Positions 19,408 to 30,527 of a DNA stretch of 64,000 bases are shown here, one piece after another. Location: IMG/VR virus record IMGVR_UViG_3300011112_000003, positions 1 to 64,000 of that record, one strand, 5' to 3'. A model generated the notes under the pieces. That model ran no database searches. It saw only the letters and a program-made list of their open reading frames with translations, and was not told the origin of the DNA. This DNA is from a virus. Each line of letters begins with the position of its first letter. Positions within the stretch are counted from its first letter, which is position 1. Position numbers and translations under genes: made by a program.

Positions 19408-20092
19408 CGGCCTTGCGTAGTTGCTTTCCCCAAGTCGACGACATCGCAGAGTGCCCGCAAGCTCCGCAAATAGTTTTGCTCCATTGGCCTCCCCGAGTCC
19501 GGTAGCTACCGTCCGCATCCTCGACGCCGCATTCTGGGCAAGCGCCGTACCCGGCCTTGCGTAAGGGGACGCTGATGCCCAACTTGGGCGCATGCGCATC
19601 CACTGGCCGAGCACGCTGTTTTACTGGGCCCTCGTGTTTCACCAGGGGATCGAGCTTCGTGGTGGCGAGGGCTTGCTTGCGGAACTCGCCCATGGGTACG
19701 GCTTTGATGCGGCCGAAGAATCCCGGCTTGTCGTAGCAGGTCATGTAGGCGCGCCGCGCAGACATCGCGCTATCAAATCCCAGGAAGACCTTCTGTTCGT
19801 CGAACACCTGGAAGTCTGGCGCCTTCATCTGATCGACCACGTAGGCGTGTGTCGCGTTCGGGTCCGGCCCGATGTAGCAGTCGATGTGATCGCCATCCGC
19901 GCCCATGGTTCCGCGGATATATCCATAGTCGTGGGGCATGCGCGTCTTGCCCTCTTTGCCAACGTGCGGATCGTACCAGTGCCGGAATGCCCCGCTGCGC
20001 GTCTCGATGGAAATCTCCAGGCCCTGGAACTTCCTTCGCCGCTGGAGCTTCCGCGCCTTGAGTAGCGCATCGGCGCTGTAGACCTGCTGCAT
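19364..20092 (-). CDS. Inorganic pyrophosphatase-like (InPase) domain protein
   Basis: FQGLEISIE..G, M..DYGYI.GT.GADGDH.DCYIG, VVDQ, FDE.KVFLGF. Confidence 0.8.
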   Translation of the reverse strand: MQQVYSADALLKARKLQRRRKFQGLEISIETRSGAFRHWYDPHVGKEGKTRMPHDYGYIRGTMGADGDHIDCYIGPDPNATHAYVVDQMKAPDFQVFDEQKVFLGFDSAMSARRAYMTCYDKPGFFGRIKAVPMGEFRKQALATTKLDPLVKHEGPVKQRARPVDAHAPKLGISVPLRKAGYGACPECGVEDADGSYRTRGGQWSKTICGACGHSAMSSTWGKQLRKAARKRLGLRRDLPHP

Positions 20093-20108
20093 AGGCGCAG
20101 CATGCCAC

Positions 20109-20154
20109 AAAAAGACGCCCGCCTGATCCGGGGGGGTGGACCTTGGCGAGCGCC
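20109..20154 (-). terminator. Rho-independent terminator
   Basis: GGCGCTCGCC...GGCGGGCGTC stem followed by TTTTT. Confidence 0.55.
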
Positions 20155-20447
20155 GGGTACTGCAGGGGGGAGCGTAGCTATCCTACGGCAATCCGCAAAG
20201 AGCGACTAACGCCGCCCCCTTGCCGGGCGCCATTCGCGACAGGAGGATGCGCACATGGACACTTTCCCCGATGAAATGAAGCTGCTGCTCGCGCGGGTGA
20301 TCCAGGCAGTGGCCAACGACCGCGGGTGCCAGCCCGATGATCTTTCGCATGCCCTCGCGGCCGAACTCCGAGATTTTGGCCTGCGGTGCCGAAGGTTCGG
20401 GGATAACGAGGGGTTCGAGCGGGCACACTGCGAACCGACGGTGCGCA

Positions 20448-20807
20448 CTACCCTGCCGGGATTTCCGGTTCTTCGGCGATAGCCGGATCGTCCTGGCCCA
20501 TCCGAGAATCCTCGCCGACCGCGCTGCGCATTTCGCCCACGACGAGTTCCAACAGCGCGAGGCTCGTAGGGATCACCTTCACGTTGGGCTTGTACTCGGG
20601 CGGGGAGGGCACCTCGTAGCACAGCAGCACGGTCGCGATGCCCCCACGGTTCTTGCCCAGTAGGATCGCGGTGAGCGTGTTGCGCTCCAGTGCTCCCGCG
20701 TGGGGGTCATCCACTATGGTGGGGCCGAACTCGCGCGCGTACCCGTGCTGCACCAGAAAATCGTTGACCTGCTCGCTATCCAAAATCACGTCGCACTTGA
20801 TGGTCAT
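20448..20807 (-). CDS. Hypothetical protein
   Basis: ATGA-coupled to the upstream gene. Confidence 0.55.
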   Translation of the reverse strand: MTIKCDVILDSEQVNDFLVQHGYAREFGPTIVDDPHAGALERNTLTAILLGKNRGGIATVLLCYEVPSPPEYKPNVKVIPTSLALLELVVGEMRSAVGEDSRMGQDDPAIAEEPEIPAG

Positions 20808-21178
20808 GGCGTCTGGGTCCCCTCAACACCGCGATCCGTCCGGTTGAACGTCCGTGAGCCCATGTGGCCCATGGCCTCGCGCAGCGCCAGCAGCGTGTGG
20901 TGATTCTCCATGCAGGCGAACCGGCCCGCCTGCCAGCGGTCAATGCGATCGATGAGGACCGCGAGTAGCGCCTCATCCGTCACGCCGTTGACCCCTTCCG
21001 CGGGCGGCCCGGTGTGGAACTTGATTGCGAGATTTGCGACGTTCGTGATATCACCATCCACCACAATGGCGTAGTTCCCGCACGACTCATCAGGGCCATC
21101 CGCGGTGGCGGTCACCTGAATCTTCGGGTTGGTCGAACCGCCCGTGCGTCGGTGGCTCAGAATCTCGTAATCGTTCAT
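20804..21178 (-). CDS. tad1: Tad1-like anti-Thoeris/CBASS nucleotide sponge
   Basis: IKF.GP..GVNGVTDEALL.VLIDR...QAG.F...EN...L..LREA.....RT..R..RGVEGT fits the Tad1 pattern. Confidence 0.8.
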   Translation of the reverse strand: MNDYEILSHRRTGGSTNPKIQVTATADGPDESCGNYAIVVDGDITNVANLAIKFHTGPPAEGVNGVTDEALLAVLIDRIDRWQAGRFACMENHHTLLALREAMGHMGSRTFNRTDRGVEGTQTP

Positions 21179-21207
21179 GACCTACCCGTATCGGATACAG
21201 TCCCTAC

Positions 21208-21441
21208 ATGAACCGCCGAGATTTCCTGAAGTCATTGCCCGCCCTCCCCTTACTGGCTGCCGCTCCCGCCCTGAAAGAGGACGAGACTGAGATCCGTGCC
21301 GACAAACTCGTCGCGCGCATCCCGTCGAACTGGTCACCCAGAAAGATGCAGCAGGCGGTAGATGCCCTCACCAAGTTTGAGTCCGGGGAGATCCGAACGC
21401 TGGTGTTCACAGACGACGCGACTTTGTACCGCGTGCCCTGA
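21208..21441 (+). CDS. Small protein with twin-arginine-like N-terminus
   Basis: MNRRDFLKSL then hydrophobic stretch; fills the gap between two minus-strand genes. Confidence 0.55.
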   Translation: MNRRDFLKSLPALPLLAAAPALKEDETEIRADKLVARIPSNWSPRKMQQAVDALTKFESGEIRTLVFTDDATLYRVP

Positions 21442-21939
21442 CTACGCCGCGTGGACCGCGTCACAGCCGCGGCACTCGATGCGCCCCGAGCTGCGCGCGA
21501 ACCGACCGCCGCAGTCGACGCACACGCCCGTGCGCAACGCGACATCGCGGTCAGCCTGGGCCGTCGCGATGACGTGTTGGACAGTTGCTGCCTCTTCCAG
21601 GGTATGACCCTGGGCCATTAGCTGTTCGATGCGGTTCATGATGGCTATCCAGATACGCTATCCAAGCACAGATCGCAAATGCCTATCCCTACAACGGCCA
21701 CATTTTTCGGATAGCACACCTTGCGGCCGCACTTTTTCCGACAATCACGCACCGTCACGCCCTGCAGGCCCCGCTCGCCTGTGCCGGGACAGCACGAAAC
21801 ATGACCGCATGCCCCCTCCGGTCGGCCGTGCTTCGTGCATTCGCCGGTCATGCGAACGGCCACCTCGCGGAAACAAACCGGGCAGGTTCCCCGGGGTCGC
21901 TTGATCGGCTCGCCCATGCTCGAAATGTAGCGGATAAGG

Positions 21940-22590
21940 TCAGCGCTTGGAAGGCGTACGGCCGTCGCATCGTACGGGCATTACGACCGCAGTCAGCTCG
22001 GGCACACTGTCACTCGTGACGTGGATCGGGTCCGACTCTCCCCCCGTACGGAACATCAGGGTGGGGGTCTTTCCCGTACGGCATGCGTCCGTAAATAGCT
22101 CCCCAAGCTGGAGGATGTACTCAGCCGCGCCCGCGAACCACGCGGTGGGGGGCGGGTACTTGCCCGGGCGCAAGATCTTCGCGTACTGGCTCACGAATGG
22201 AACTTCGGATAAGGACACGCCGTTGATGGTCACAGCGCCCAGATCATGCTCGATGCGGATCGGGCGCGGTCCGTCCTCAGGGAACGAGGCTGCCTTCTCG
22301 CTCAGGATCAGGTCAATGCGCGCGTCTTTGGCGCCGCGTTGCGTCCGCTCGGCTGCCCGCATGAGCGCAGGCAGCAAGGTGGTCAGGGAGTCCCCCTGAA
22401 CCCCCACCTGGGCTTCATCCGGCAACTCCATGTGTTGGGACCACTCGACCAACCAGTGCCCGTTGGTGCCCACAAAGCGCACTTCGTCACCGGTCACGTC
22501 GATGAGCACATTCGGGGTGTTGTTACCGGCCGCGGCGGATGCCACCTGCAGGCCCCGCACCAGATCGCTCGTTTTCATTCGGATACGCAT
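21940..22590 (-). CDS. DNA polymerase III beta-clamp-like protein
   Basis: V.I......VRFVGTNGH.L and C-terminal TAVVMPVR. Confidence 0.6.
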   Translation of the reverse strand: MRIRMKTSDLVRGLQVASAAAGNNTPNVLIDVTGDEVRFVGTNGHWLVEWSQHMELPDEAQVGVQGDSLTTLLPALMRAAERTQRGAKDARIDLILSEKAASFPEDGPRPIRIEHDLGAVTINGVSLSEVPFVSQYAKILRPGKYPPPTAWFAGAAEYILQLGELFTDACRTGKTPTLMFRTGGESDPIHVTSDSVPELTAVVMPVRCDGRTPSKR

Positions 22591-22949
22591 GTCAGCTGAT
22601 CTCCATGGACTTGATGAACTCGGCAGCGGTGAGACACCCCTTCGCCACGAGCTTGTGCTGCTGGGATCTCCTCAGATATTTGGCGTGGCCGACCAACGCC
22701 GCATGCAGGCCGCTGCGCAACGCCTCGGCCAACTTCACGCGATCGTCCCCGTCGTCCATGCGCAGGGTATCGTTCGCCTTCAATATTTCGATGATAGTCG
22801 GCATTTTCAGCTGGTCACTTTCCGGAACTTCGCTCGGTAGTGGCGGATTGTCGCAAGCAACATCCACGGTAGGTCGGGGAAGGATACGTAGAGCCCTAGG
22901 AATCCCAGCGGGATATCGTGCGCCGGGCTGCCGCAGTAGTGCGCGTGCA

Positions 22950-23387
22950 TTAGATATCCTCCAGGCACTTCCCCATTTCTCGGACAGCGAGCGCAGTGCC
23001 TTGGCGTTCGCCCTCTTCGTACCACCGCTTTGGGCATTGCGGATCGCAGCCCCTGTGCTTGGTGCCGCACGTCGATAAGCAGCGTGGTTCGGTGAGCGGC
23101 TTCTCAACAGGCCCTCGCATCCCAGGCAAATCAGCGGCGCAGCTCGGGGGTGGGCGAGCGGCGAAGTACTTCCCCTCGCGCATTACTTCTTCCCCGTGTT
23201 TCGTAGCTTCCGCGAGGGTCAGATATTCACCTTCGGGATCCAGCGACTCCCCGTCATGTGTCCACGCTACGCGATAGCATGCCGACTCTTTAGGGCGGCG
23301 GGTGACACCTACATCCCCCATCTGACCATCCTTGTCTTCGCGTATCCACCACTCCACAGCACCGTCACTCACTCGTACCCATTCCAT
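22950..23387 (-). CDS. Hypothetical protein
   Basis: AAGGAGG RBS and upstream TATCCGATA motif. Confidence 0.5.
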   Translation of the reverse strand: MEWVRVSDGAVEWWIREDKDGQMGDVGVTRRPKESACYRVAWTHDGESLDPEGEYLTLAEATKHGEEVMREGKYFAARPPPSCAADLPGMRGPVEKPLTEPRCLSTCGTKHRGCDPQCPKRWYEEGERQGTALAVREMGKCLEDI

Positions 23388-23431
23388 GTGCTACCCCCTC
23401 CTTACGCCTACCCTTCTATCGGATATACTGC

Positions 23432-23797
23432 TCAGCCCCTGTAGTTCGCGCCGTGGACGGTCACGCCGTAGTCCTTGGCCTCGCCAAGGATGGTGCCTCG
23501 TGCGTGGTTGAGTGCGGGCGCCTTCCAGCTCGCCGCCTTGAGTACGGAGCCCACGGGGAACTTACCCTCCGCCTTCTGGATGAACACGAAGATCGACTTC
23601 TGGCCCCCGCCGTCATGGGTCGTGGTCCAGATGCGGAGGTACTTCTTCCCGCTGCCGATGGTCAGCTTGCACGGGCGCAGGTTCGGGTACTGCGTCGCGT
23701 AGTGGTGGTCGATCTGCGCCTGCGCAGTCTCCACGAAACGGGTGACAGCTTCGTCGAAGGTCTCGGTGGCGTCGGCGGTCTGCGTGTCGGCGGTCAT
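23432..23797 (-). CDS. Conserved phage protein (GKKY / KAASWKAPA family)
   Basis: GKKYLRI...QKSIFVF...VLKAASWKAPA; downstream of a TTGAC promoter. Confidence 0.65.
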   Translation of the reverse strand: MTADTQTADATETFDEAVTRFVETAQAQIDHHYATQYPNLRPCKLTIGSGKKYLRIWTTTHDGGGQKSIFVFIQKAEGKFPVGSVLKAASWKAPALNHARGTILGEAKDYGVTVHGANYRG

Positions 23798-23834
23798 TTG
23801 TCGTTCCTACTTTCGGTTGGCGCTGCGTCACCAG

Positions 23835-23888
23835 CTGTACGTACAGTGCCAGACCTCCGTACGTACGGTCAACCCTTATTTTGGATAT
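23835..23888 (-). promoter_or_regulatory. Sigma70-like promoter overlapped by paired GTACGTAC operators
   Basis: Minus strand TATCCAAA..TTGACC GTACGTAC N14 GTACGTAC; palindromes at 23835-46 and 23857-68. Confidence 0.7.
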
Positions 23889-24192
23889 AGGCCAACTCTC
23901 TTTTGGCGTCGGCCACCGCGCGCTTCGCAACCGTTTCTTTCGAGCGCCTCGCCCATGCGCGCTGTTCCTTCTGCGTGGGCTCTGCTTCCCCCCGCTCCAG
24001 CAGGAACGCGGTCAAGTTCTCTGCCCCGGCAAGCTCCGCCCGTGCCACGAGCGCCGCTTTGATAGCGGGCGTGGTTCGGATATCGATGCGTGCAGTCAGT
24101 GGGTTGTCTCTCGGGACCATGCGCTGCTCTCCAATGCGTACGCGGTCATCGGGATTGACTGCGATGCGCTTCGTTCTTGGTTCTCGGTTCAT
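23869..24192 (-). CDS. Ribbon-helix-helix DNA-binding protein (DUF1778/MobC-like)
   Basis: ARIDIRTTPAIKAALVARAELAGAENLTAFLL. Confidence 0.65.
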   Translation of the reverse strand: MNREPRTKRIAVNPDDRVRIGEQRMVPRDNPLTARIDIRTTPAIKAALVARAELAGAENLTAFLLERGEAEPTQKEQRAWARRSKETVAKRAVADAKRELAYIQNKG

Positions 24193-24215
24193 CGTACTCC
24201 CCAGTGTTGCACGGC

Positions 24216-24244
24216 GTACGTACAGTACGCAAGCCTGTACGTAC
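24216..24244. promoter_or_regulatory. Paired GTACGTAC operators upstream of RHH gene
   Basis: GTACGTAC at 24216-23 and 24237-44. Confidence 0.65.
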
Positions 24245-24393
24245 TGTTCTCAGTTTTGCGGTGCGCTCAGCTACGCGCTCCGCGATTCGCTCTACGTCCC
24301 CCCGGTCGTGTTTCTACAACGGGCCGCCCCTGTACTTCTGAAGGGGGCAGCCGAGCCTTTTCTCAGTTTCTGCCTCGCTCCCCAGGACGCGAT

Positions 24394-25491
<1,098 letters not shown>

Positions 25492-25709
25492 AGCCCCACC
25501 TCTATCGGATAACGGTTGCGGTCACGTGGTCCACGGGGCGGGGAACTTCGCCGGTTTGCTGGCTGCCCTTCGGGTTGAGCGTCCATTCCTCGCCGCTGTC
25601 TTTCCAGATCACCAGCTTGACCTTCCAGCCGCGCGCGGTCGCCAGGCGGAATATCTCGTCAATCTTCCCCTTGAACTGCAAGCGGGCGAGGTTGGCGAAG
25701 AATGGATCG

Positions 25710-26225
25710 TCAGTCACCGACATCGATCTCGACCCCTGTCGTTGACTCCCACTTGAGCATGGGCTCGCCCATTTCGATCTGCGGCACCAGGGTGCCCTGT
25801 TCATCGCCCTTGCGCGGTCGCGTGAGCGTGTCTGGCGGGATGAGCCACGGCTCGGGGTCTAGCGTGCATGTCTTATCGCGCTGGTGGTCGCAGGAAGCCG
25901 TAACGCCGTGGCGCCTGCATATGTTCGGCCGGTGGTCGTAGACGGTGCAGCCGGTCGGCCCGAGGTGCTTGCAGGTGAACTCGGGGAGGTGGTGCTCGCT
26001 GGGGCTCCTCTGCGCCCAGGGTATGTCGGCGAGGCTCTGCTCCGATCGGATCGGTCCCTGGAATGGGATAAGCATGTTCGCGATGAACTCGCTTTCCTCC
26101 CACGTCGGGCGGCCCCAGTGCCCTTTGTTGCGTAGGGCTTCGATCGTATCCCTGCCTGTGGGCGCAATGGATAGCGGGAAGCGCTCGCAGCACTGGCCGC
26201 TGCATGACGTCTTTTCATTCGGCAC
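25710..26225 (-). CDS. YkgJ-like Cys-cluster (Zn/Fe-S) protein
   Basis: CSGQCC...CKHL...GCTVYDHRPNICR. Confidence 0.65.
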   Translation of the reverse strand: MPNEKTSCSGQCCERFPLSIAPTGRDTIEALRNKGHWGRPTWEESEFIANMLIPFQGPIRSEQSLADIPWAQRSPSEHHLPEFTCKHLGPTGCTVYDHRPNICRRHGVTASCDHQRDKTCTLDPEPWLIPPDTLTRPRKGDEQGTLVPQIEMGEPMLKWESTTGVEIDVGD

Positions 26226-26811
26226 TTGCCACCTCGAAGTATCTCCGCCCCATCCGAGTAGCAGACCTCGGCGGGCCCCACCACGAGCGCAGCTTGCCCG
26301 CGCGTTCCAGCCTATCCAGGTGGGCGCGTGCGGCTGACACCGTGACGCGCAGCGCATCGCCCACCTCGACCGAATAGGCAGGGCCCATGACCCGGAGGAA
26401 CCGTAAGATAACCTGGTCCGCGTAGTCACGTCGGGCGAGTCGCACACTCGTGCGGGCCTGTATCTCCCTCAGGATGGCGGACCAGTTGCTCAACTCCAGG
26501 ATCCCAATGTCCTGCGGCGGGCCCGGATGCCGTGGGGCTCGTGCTGATACTCTAGGCAGCATCCTCGACCTTGCGCGTATCCGAGGGCAGTGAGGCAGGC
26601 CAGGAGAACCCACCACCAGCAGGACTGCGCAGTTTCACATCCCCACCCTCGATGGCCTCGATGCTTCGCGGCGCCTGCCAGGTGCTGTGCATGAGCTTGT
26701 CCCCAACAATCCAGCCCTCCCGCTCTATCAGATCCATCGCCGGGACTCGCTTGCCTCGACTCGCTCGATTCTTTTGGACCCTCGGTGGTCGGCCGCCTGC
26801 TACTCGCTCGG

Positions 26812-27081
26812 TCATTCAGTGTCCTCAATCGCTTTGGCCACTCGGGCCCGTAAACTCTCGTCGCCCTCACGCTGCGCGATCCACACGTTGAACCGCTCCT
26901 GTGAGCCATGCATCGACTCGCTCGACGGGGACCAGCCGCGGCGCTTCAGGCCGTAGTGCTTGGCCCACACGTCCAGTTCTCCCACTTCACCCGCGTCCCG
27001 GTTGCGCCACAGCTGATCGGGCGTGAGCCCGTGTTGCTTCGGTAGCTCCGCGAGTAGGTCTTTCGCGCGTTGGCTGGGCAT
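26812..27081 (-). CDS. Hypothetical protein
   Basis: ATG 11 nt after TATCCGA motif. Confidence 0.5.
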   Translation of the reverse strand: MPSQRAKDLLAELPKQHGLTPDQLWRNRDAGEVGELDVWAKHYGLKRRGWSPSSESMHGSQERFNVWIAQREGDESLRARVAKAIEDTE

Positions 27082-27101
27082 GCCTAGCTATATCGGATAA
27101 G

Positions 27102-27572
27102 TCAGGCTTCGTGGTTCGCGAGCCAGCGCCCGACGGCCACCAACTCGATCACGTCATCGTAGTCTGTAATGATAGCGCGGCTCCTGGCCTCCGTGAGTAG
27201 GCGCCGCAACTGGACCGCCGCGGCCGCGAGCTGCTCGGGCTTTGGCTTTGGCGCCAGCTTCGGTAGCTCGCGGGGTAGGTTACACGTCACGTCCCAGACG
27301 ATCACCTTGCGGTGGGTCACCGTACACGTGCGCGTCCCGCATTCAGCAACCACCCCACGATCGCGCAACTCCCCGAATCGATTGCGCGCGCCCGAGTAGT
27401 TCACACCCGCGTTGCCGTTCGATATTCGGTCTGCGTCGATCTTGAGCAGGCATTCGTTCGCGGTGAGCGGGCCATCGCTGTAGAGCTTCCGGTAGATACC
27501 CGTCTGCTGTCTGCCGATCGAACCGTCCGCGATGATCGCGTGGTAGGCCGCGATGCTGGTTTGCCTGGTCAT
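27102..27572 (-). CDS. Winged-helix DNA-binding protein
   Basis: TSIAAY...Q..IY..L...GPLT..E...R..EL...G.V...G.R.C.VT.R....W. Confidence 0.6.
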   Translation of the reverse strand: MTRQTSIAAYHAIIADGSIGRQQTGIYRKLYSDGPLTANECLLKIDADRISNGNAGVNYSGARNRFGELRDRGVVAECGTRTCTVTHRKVIVWDVTCNLPRELPKLAPKPKPEQLAAAAVQLRRLLTEARSRAIITDYDDVIELVAVGRWLANHEA

Positions 27573-28557
27573 TGGGTAGGCACGTAGTGCTTGCCGCAGC
27601 CAACGCACTTGCCCTCGACAAACGCCATGGCGCGACACTGCGAGCACACCTTGGCTTGGTGTTCCTTTGGCCGCTGCCAGTAGTGATACACAGTGCCCGG
27701 GTAGGCAGCTGCCGACCCGCCCAGCATCCACCCGTCACCACCCGGAGGCACCGGGGCAAGATCAGCCACCTGCACGGTCGTCGCAAACTCCATCATCGCT
27801 CACCTATCAAATCTGCTGCCGAGCGCCGCCACTGCAGCATCGGCCGTGTGCGTCGCGTTGTCGTAGTTCAGGTCGCCCTCGTAGGCGGCCGCCATGATCC
27901 TCCCCCATAGCCGCTGCCTGTCGTTCTCAGGCGGATCGGGTATGGAGCGCACCGCGAGGTCGTGCGCAGCCGTGCGGACGACGTCGGCCAGCGCCTGGCG
28001 GTCGATCGGCGCAGTGCTTTCCAAGAAATCGAGGATCTCTGCGAAGGTCTTCCTCTTCATTCTGGATTCTCCCGGACGTACTTATCCCGCCGCTCTTTGT
28101 GTACCGCCACCTTGAATGGACCAGACCACGACAGGGATCTCCGTAAGATGCTGAGCCGCTCACGCGCGATGCATCCGCTGCCCGGGCTAGCGCCACAGAA
28201 CGGGCACTGCACGGACAGCTTCTGCGCGCGCGTGATGCGCCTAGTCGCGGTCATCCCCAGCCTATCCTGCATCACACTACCGCCTCTTCTCTCGTCGCTA
28301 CGAAGCCCTCGCCGTTCAGTAGCGCGAGTGCCAGTGTCTTCGGGGTGAGCCGCGCAGTGAGCGTCACCCGGTTGATCGGCAGAAGCTTTGCAACTGCGGC
28401 CACGCCGCCGGGGCGCCCCAAGTCCTTGAACAGTTCGCCCCTTCGCGACCGCGCGGCCGCCTTGCTCGCAAACCACTCGGTGGAGATACCGAGTACCTCC
28501 AACTCGTAGAGCACAGCGCCGTGTGCCGCGCAGCCACGGACGAATGACGCAGCGTTG

Positions 28558-29013
28558 CTAGGCACGGTCCCGGATCGCGGCTTCAACTGCCTGCGCAGCG
28601 GCCTCCCAACCCTTCCGCATGGGCGCGCTCACGCTATCCCAATCACTCGTGTAGTGGTCGTCCTCGAAGAGCAGGCATGCGCGATCGAATGCGTCATGCG
28701 CGACCTGTGCTAGCGACGCCTCGGTCTGTTGGCCGATCAGCATGTACCCGCCCTCGAAGGTCGCGCGCGGGCTGAAACTCTCGTATCCATCAGCATAGCG
28801 GACGTAGTAGCCGTGAATCTTCGGCTCGTGCTTTTCGATGTAGCCAACGCTGACTTCGACCTCCCCAGCAGTAGCTCCGATAAGGCGGTAGTACTCGCGG
28901 GGGTCCGCATAGCCGGGCTCGACTACGGTCATGCGCCTGATCTCACCGATCTTGAGCGCATGCACTTCCTTGTGGCTGCGATACGTCGGTAGCTTGCCTT
29001 CGTTTTCACTCAT
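28558..29013 (-). CDS. Phage protein with Y.SHK.V.A / GYYV.Y.DGY.S.SP...FE.GY domain (candidate sponge)
   Basis: Motif as named; paralog at 47518-47967. Confidence 0.6.
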   Translation of the reverse strand: MSENEGKLPTYRSHKEVHALKIGEIRRMTVVEPGYADPREYYRLIGATAGEVEVSVGYIEKHEPKIHGYYVRYADGYESFSPRATFEGGYMLIGQQTEASLAQVAHDAFDRACLLFEDDHYTSDWDSVSAPMRKGWEAAAQAVEAAIRDRA

Positions 29014-29015
29014 GA

Positions 29016-29177
29016 CTATCCTGTAGCTGATAAGTTCCTGCGGGGGCGGTTCCAGTACGGGCTCTTGCACCCATACGCGGGGCAGACCGTCGGGAGGGGG
29101 TTGCCCTCTTTGCGCGGGAGCCACTCGTTGCCACAGCGTTCGCAGCGGTACGCCGTCACCAGCTTCTTGAAGATCAT
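29016..29177 (-). CDS. Small zinc-ribbon protein
   Basis: CERCGNEWLPR....P.VCP..CKSPYWN. Confidence 0.6.
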   Translation of the reverse strand: MIFKKLVTAYRCERCGNEWLPRKEGNPLPTVCPAYGCKSPYWNRPRRNLSATG

Positions 29178-29431
29178 GAACTGCGCCTCGGTCGCTGCGT
29201 GGGGTCCCACGCCTCCTGCACGGGCGCATGCACCCCGCAGACGCCTGGCGCCGCCCCCTGGCCCGCAGGGGTCGCACAGCGCGGGCACAGGAGCTTCCCA
29301 CACACCTCGCCGTGCAGGTTGCCTCTGAGCTTGTAGTCGCATTGCTTCACCGCGCGGTTGCCGCACCCACAGTACTCGACGCCAGCATTGAAGCCCCTGC
29401 GGCAAACGAAGATATCTACCTGATTTGCCAC
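29174..29431 (-). CDS. Cys-rich phage protein
   Basis: CGCG..A...CDY...C.K.LC..CA. Confidence 0.5.
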   Translation of the reverse strand: MANQVDIFVCRRGFNAGVEYCGCGNRAVKQCDYKLRGNLHGEVCGKLLCPRCATPAGQGAAPGVCGVHAPVQEAWDPTQRPRRSS

Positions 29432-29927
29432 AGGAGCTTCCCCCTCACTCCTTACGGAGCTTCTTCCCTTTCAGTAGCTCACGCGCACTCGACTCGATAT
29501 GCGCGCCGACGATACCTGTGAAGCTGGCGATGGCCAGATCAGCCGTGAGACAGCGACGTACGGAAACCTGCGCGAGCGCGTTGATGACCACCTGATCAGG
29601 CTGATCTACGCACAGCTCTTCAATAAGTGCGGTGAGAGATTCGATCTTCCGACCGACATGCTGCATCTGCCGCTGCGCAGCGGTCTTCTTCGGGGACTTG
29701 GGCTTAGCCGCCTTCTTCTTTTGAGCTTTCTTTTTCGCTGCCATGGCTATCCTTTCATTGCGGTCGGTCGCGACCGTGAATCTTCGCTGTCTTCGCCCAG
29801 CGCAGCGGCATACTCGGCCTCGATCTGCTCAAGCGTAACGCGCCGCGTGCGGTCTTCGATGGTCGCCTTCTTCTCCGCCTTGCGCTTCGTCTTCTGCTTT
29901 TGCTTGTGGCGCTTTTGCCTATTCATA

Positions 29928-30527
29928 TCAGCCCCTGTTCTTGTGCGCCTGCGTGCGCTGCCTTCGGATAAGCTCGCCGTAGGTCATGATCCCAATGTAG
30001 CGACGCATCGCCCACAGCAGCTCGCCCGTTGCCGTGGCGTCCGCGAGCGCATCATGCGCATCTGTCAGCTCCACACCCCATCGCGCGCAAGCCTCGCCCA
30101 GCTTGTTGCCCTTGACGCCCTGCTTCTTCGCGAAGTACCGGACCATCACCAGCGGGTCTATCCACGGCCCGTAGTCTGGTACCAGGTCGAGCGCAAACCG
30201 CTCCGCGATGCCGCGGTCGAACTCTTCGTTGTAGGCGCAGAACACCGCACCCGCACAGACCCGGTACATATCCTTGGAAGCCAATGCGTCCTCTGCGCTC
30301 GGCGCGCCCCTCACGTCCGCGTCCCGGATGCCGTGGACCTTCGTCGCGTGGAAAGGGATCGGGATGCCGGGGTCCACGAGGGTCTTGTGGCTGTCGGTCA
30401 CGCGCCCCTTCTCGAAGCGCACGGCCGCGACCTGGACCACCCCACACGCTTTCTTGTTGACCCCCGTGGTCTCGAAGTCGATGACGGTGATAGGTATGTC
30501 GTACCAGATCGCGAAGTGGTCGATCAC
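29928..30527 (-). CDS. DEDDh 3'-5' exonuclease (DnaQ-like)
   Basis: VIDFETTG, VHGI, AYN..FD, AHDALADA. Confidence 0.9.
   Translation of the reverse strand: MIDHFAIWYDIPITVIDFETTGVNKKACGVVQVAAVRFEKGRVTDSHKTLVDPGIPIPFHATKVHGIRDADVRGAPSAEDALASKDMYRVCAGAVFCAYNEEFDRGIAERFALDLVPDYGPWIDPLVMVRYFAKKQGVKGNKLGEACARWGVELTDAHDALADATATGELLWAMRRYIGIMTYGELIRRQRTQAHKNRG

Noticed and set aside
27091-27100. TTATCC motifs as DnaA boxes or a replication origin
   Set aside because: They lack the CACA end of TTATCCACA, are dispersed, and sit at fixed distances from start codons
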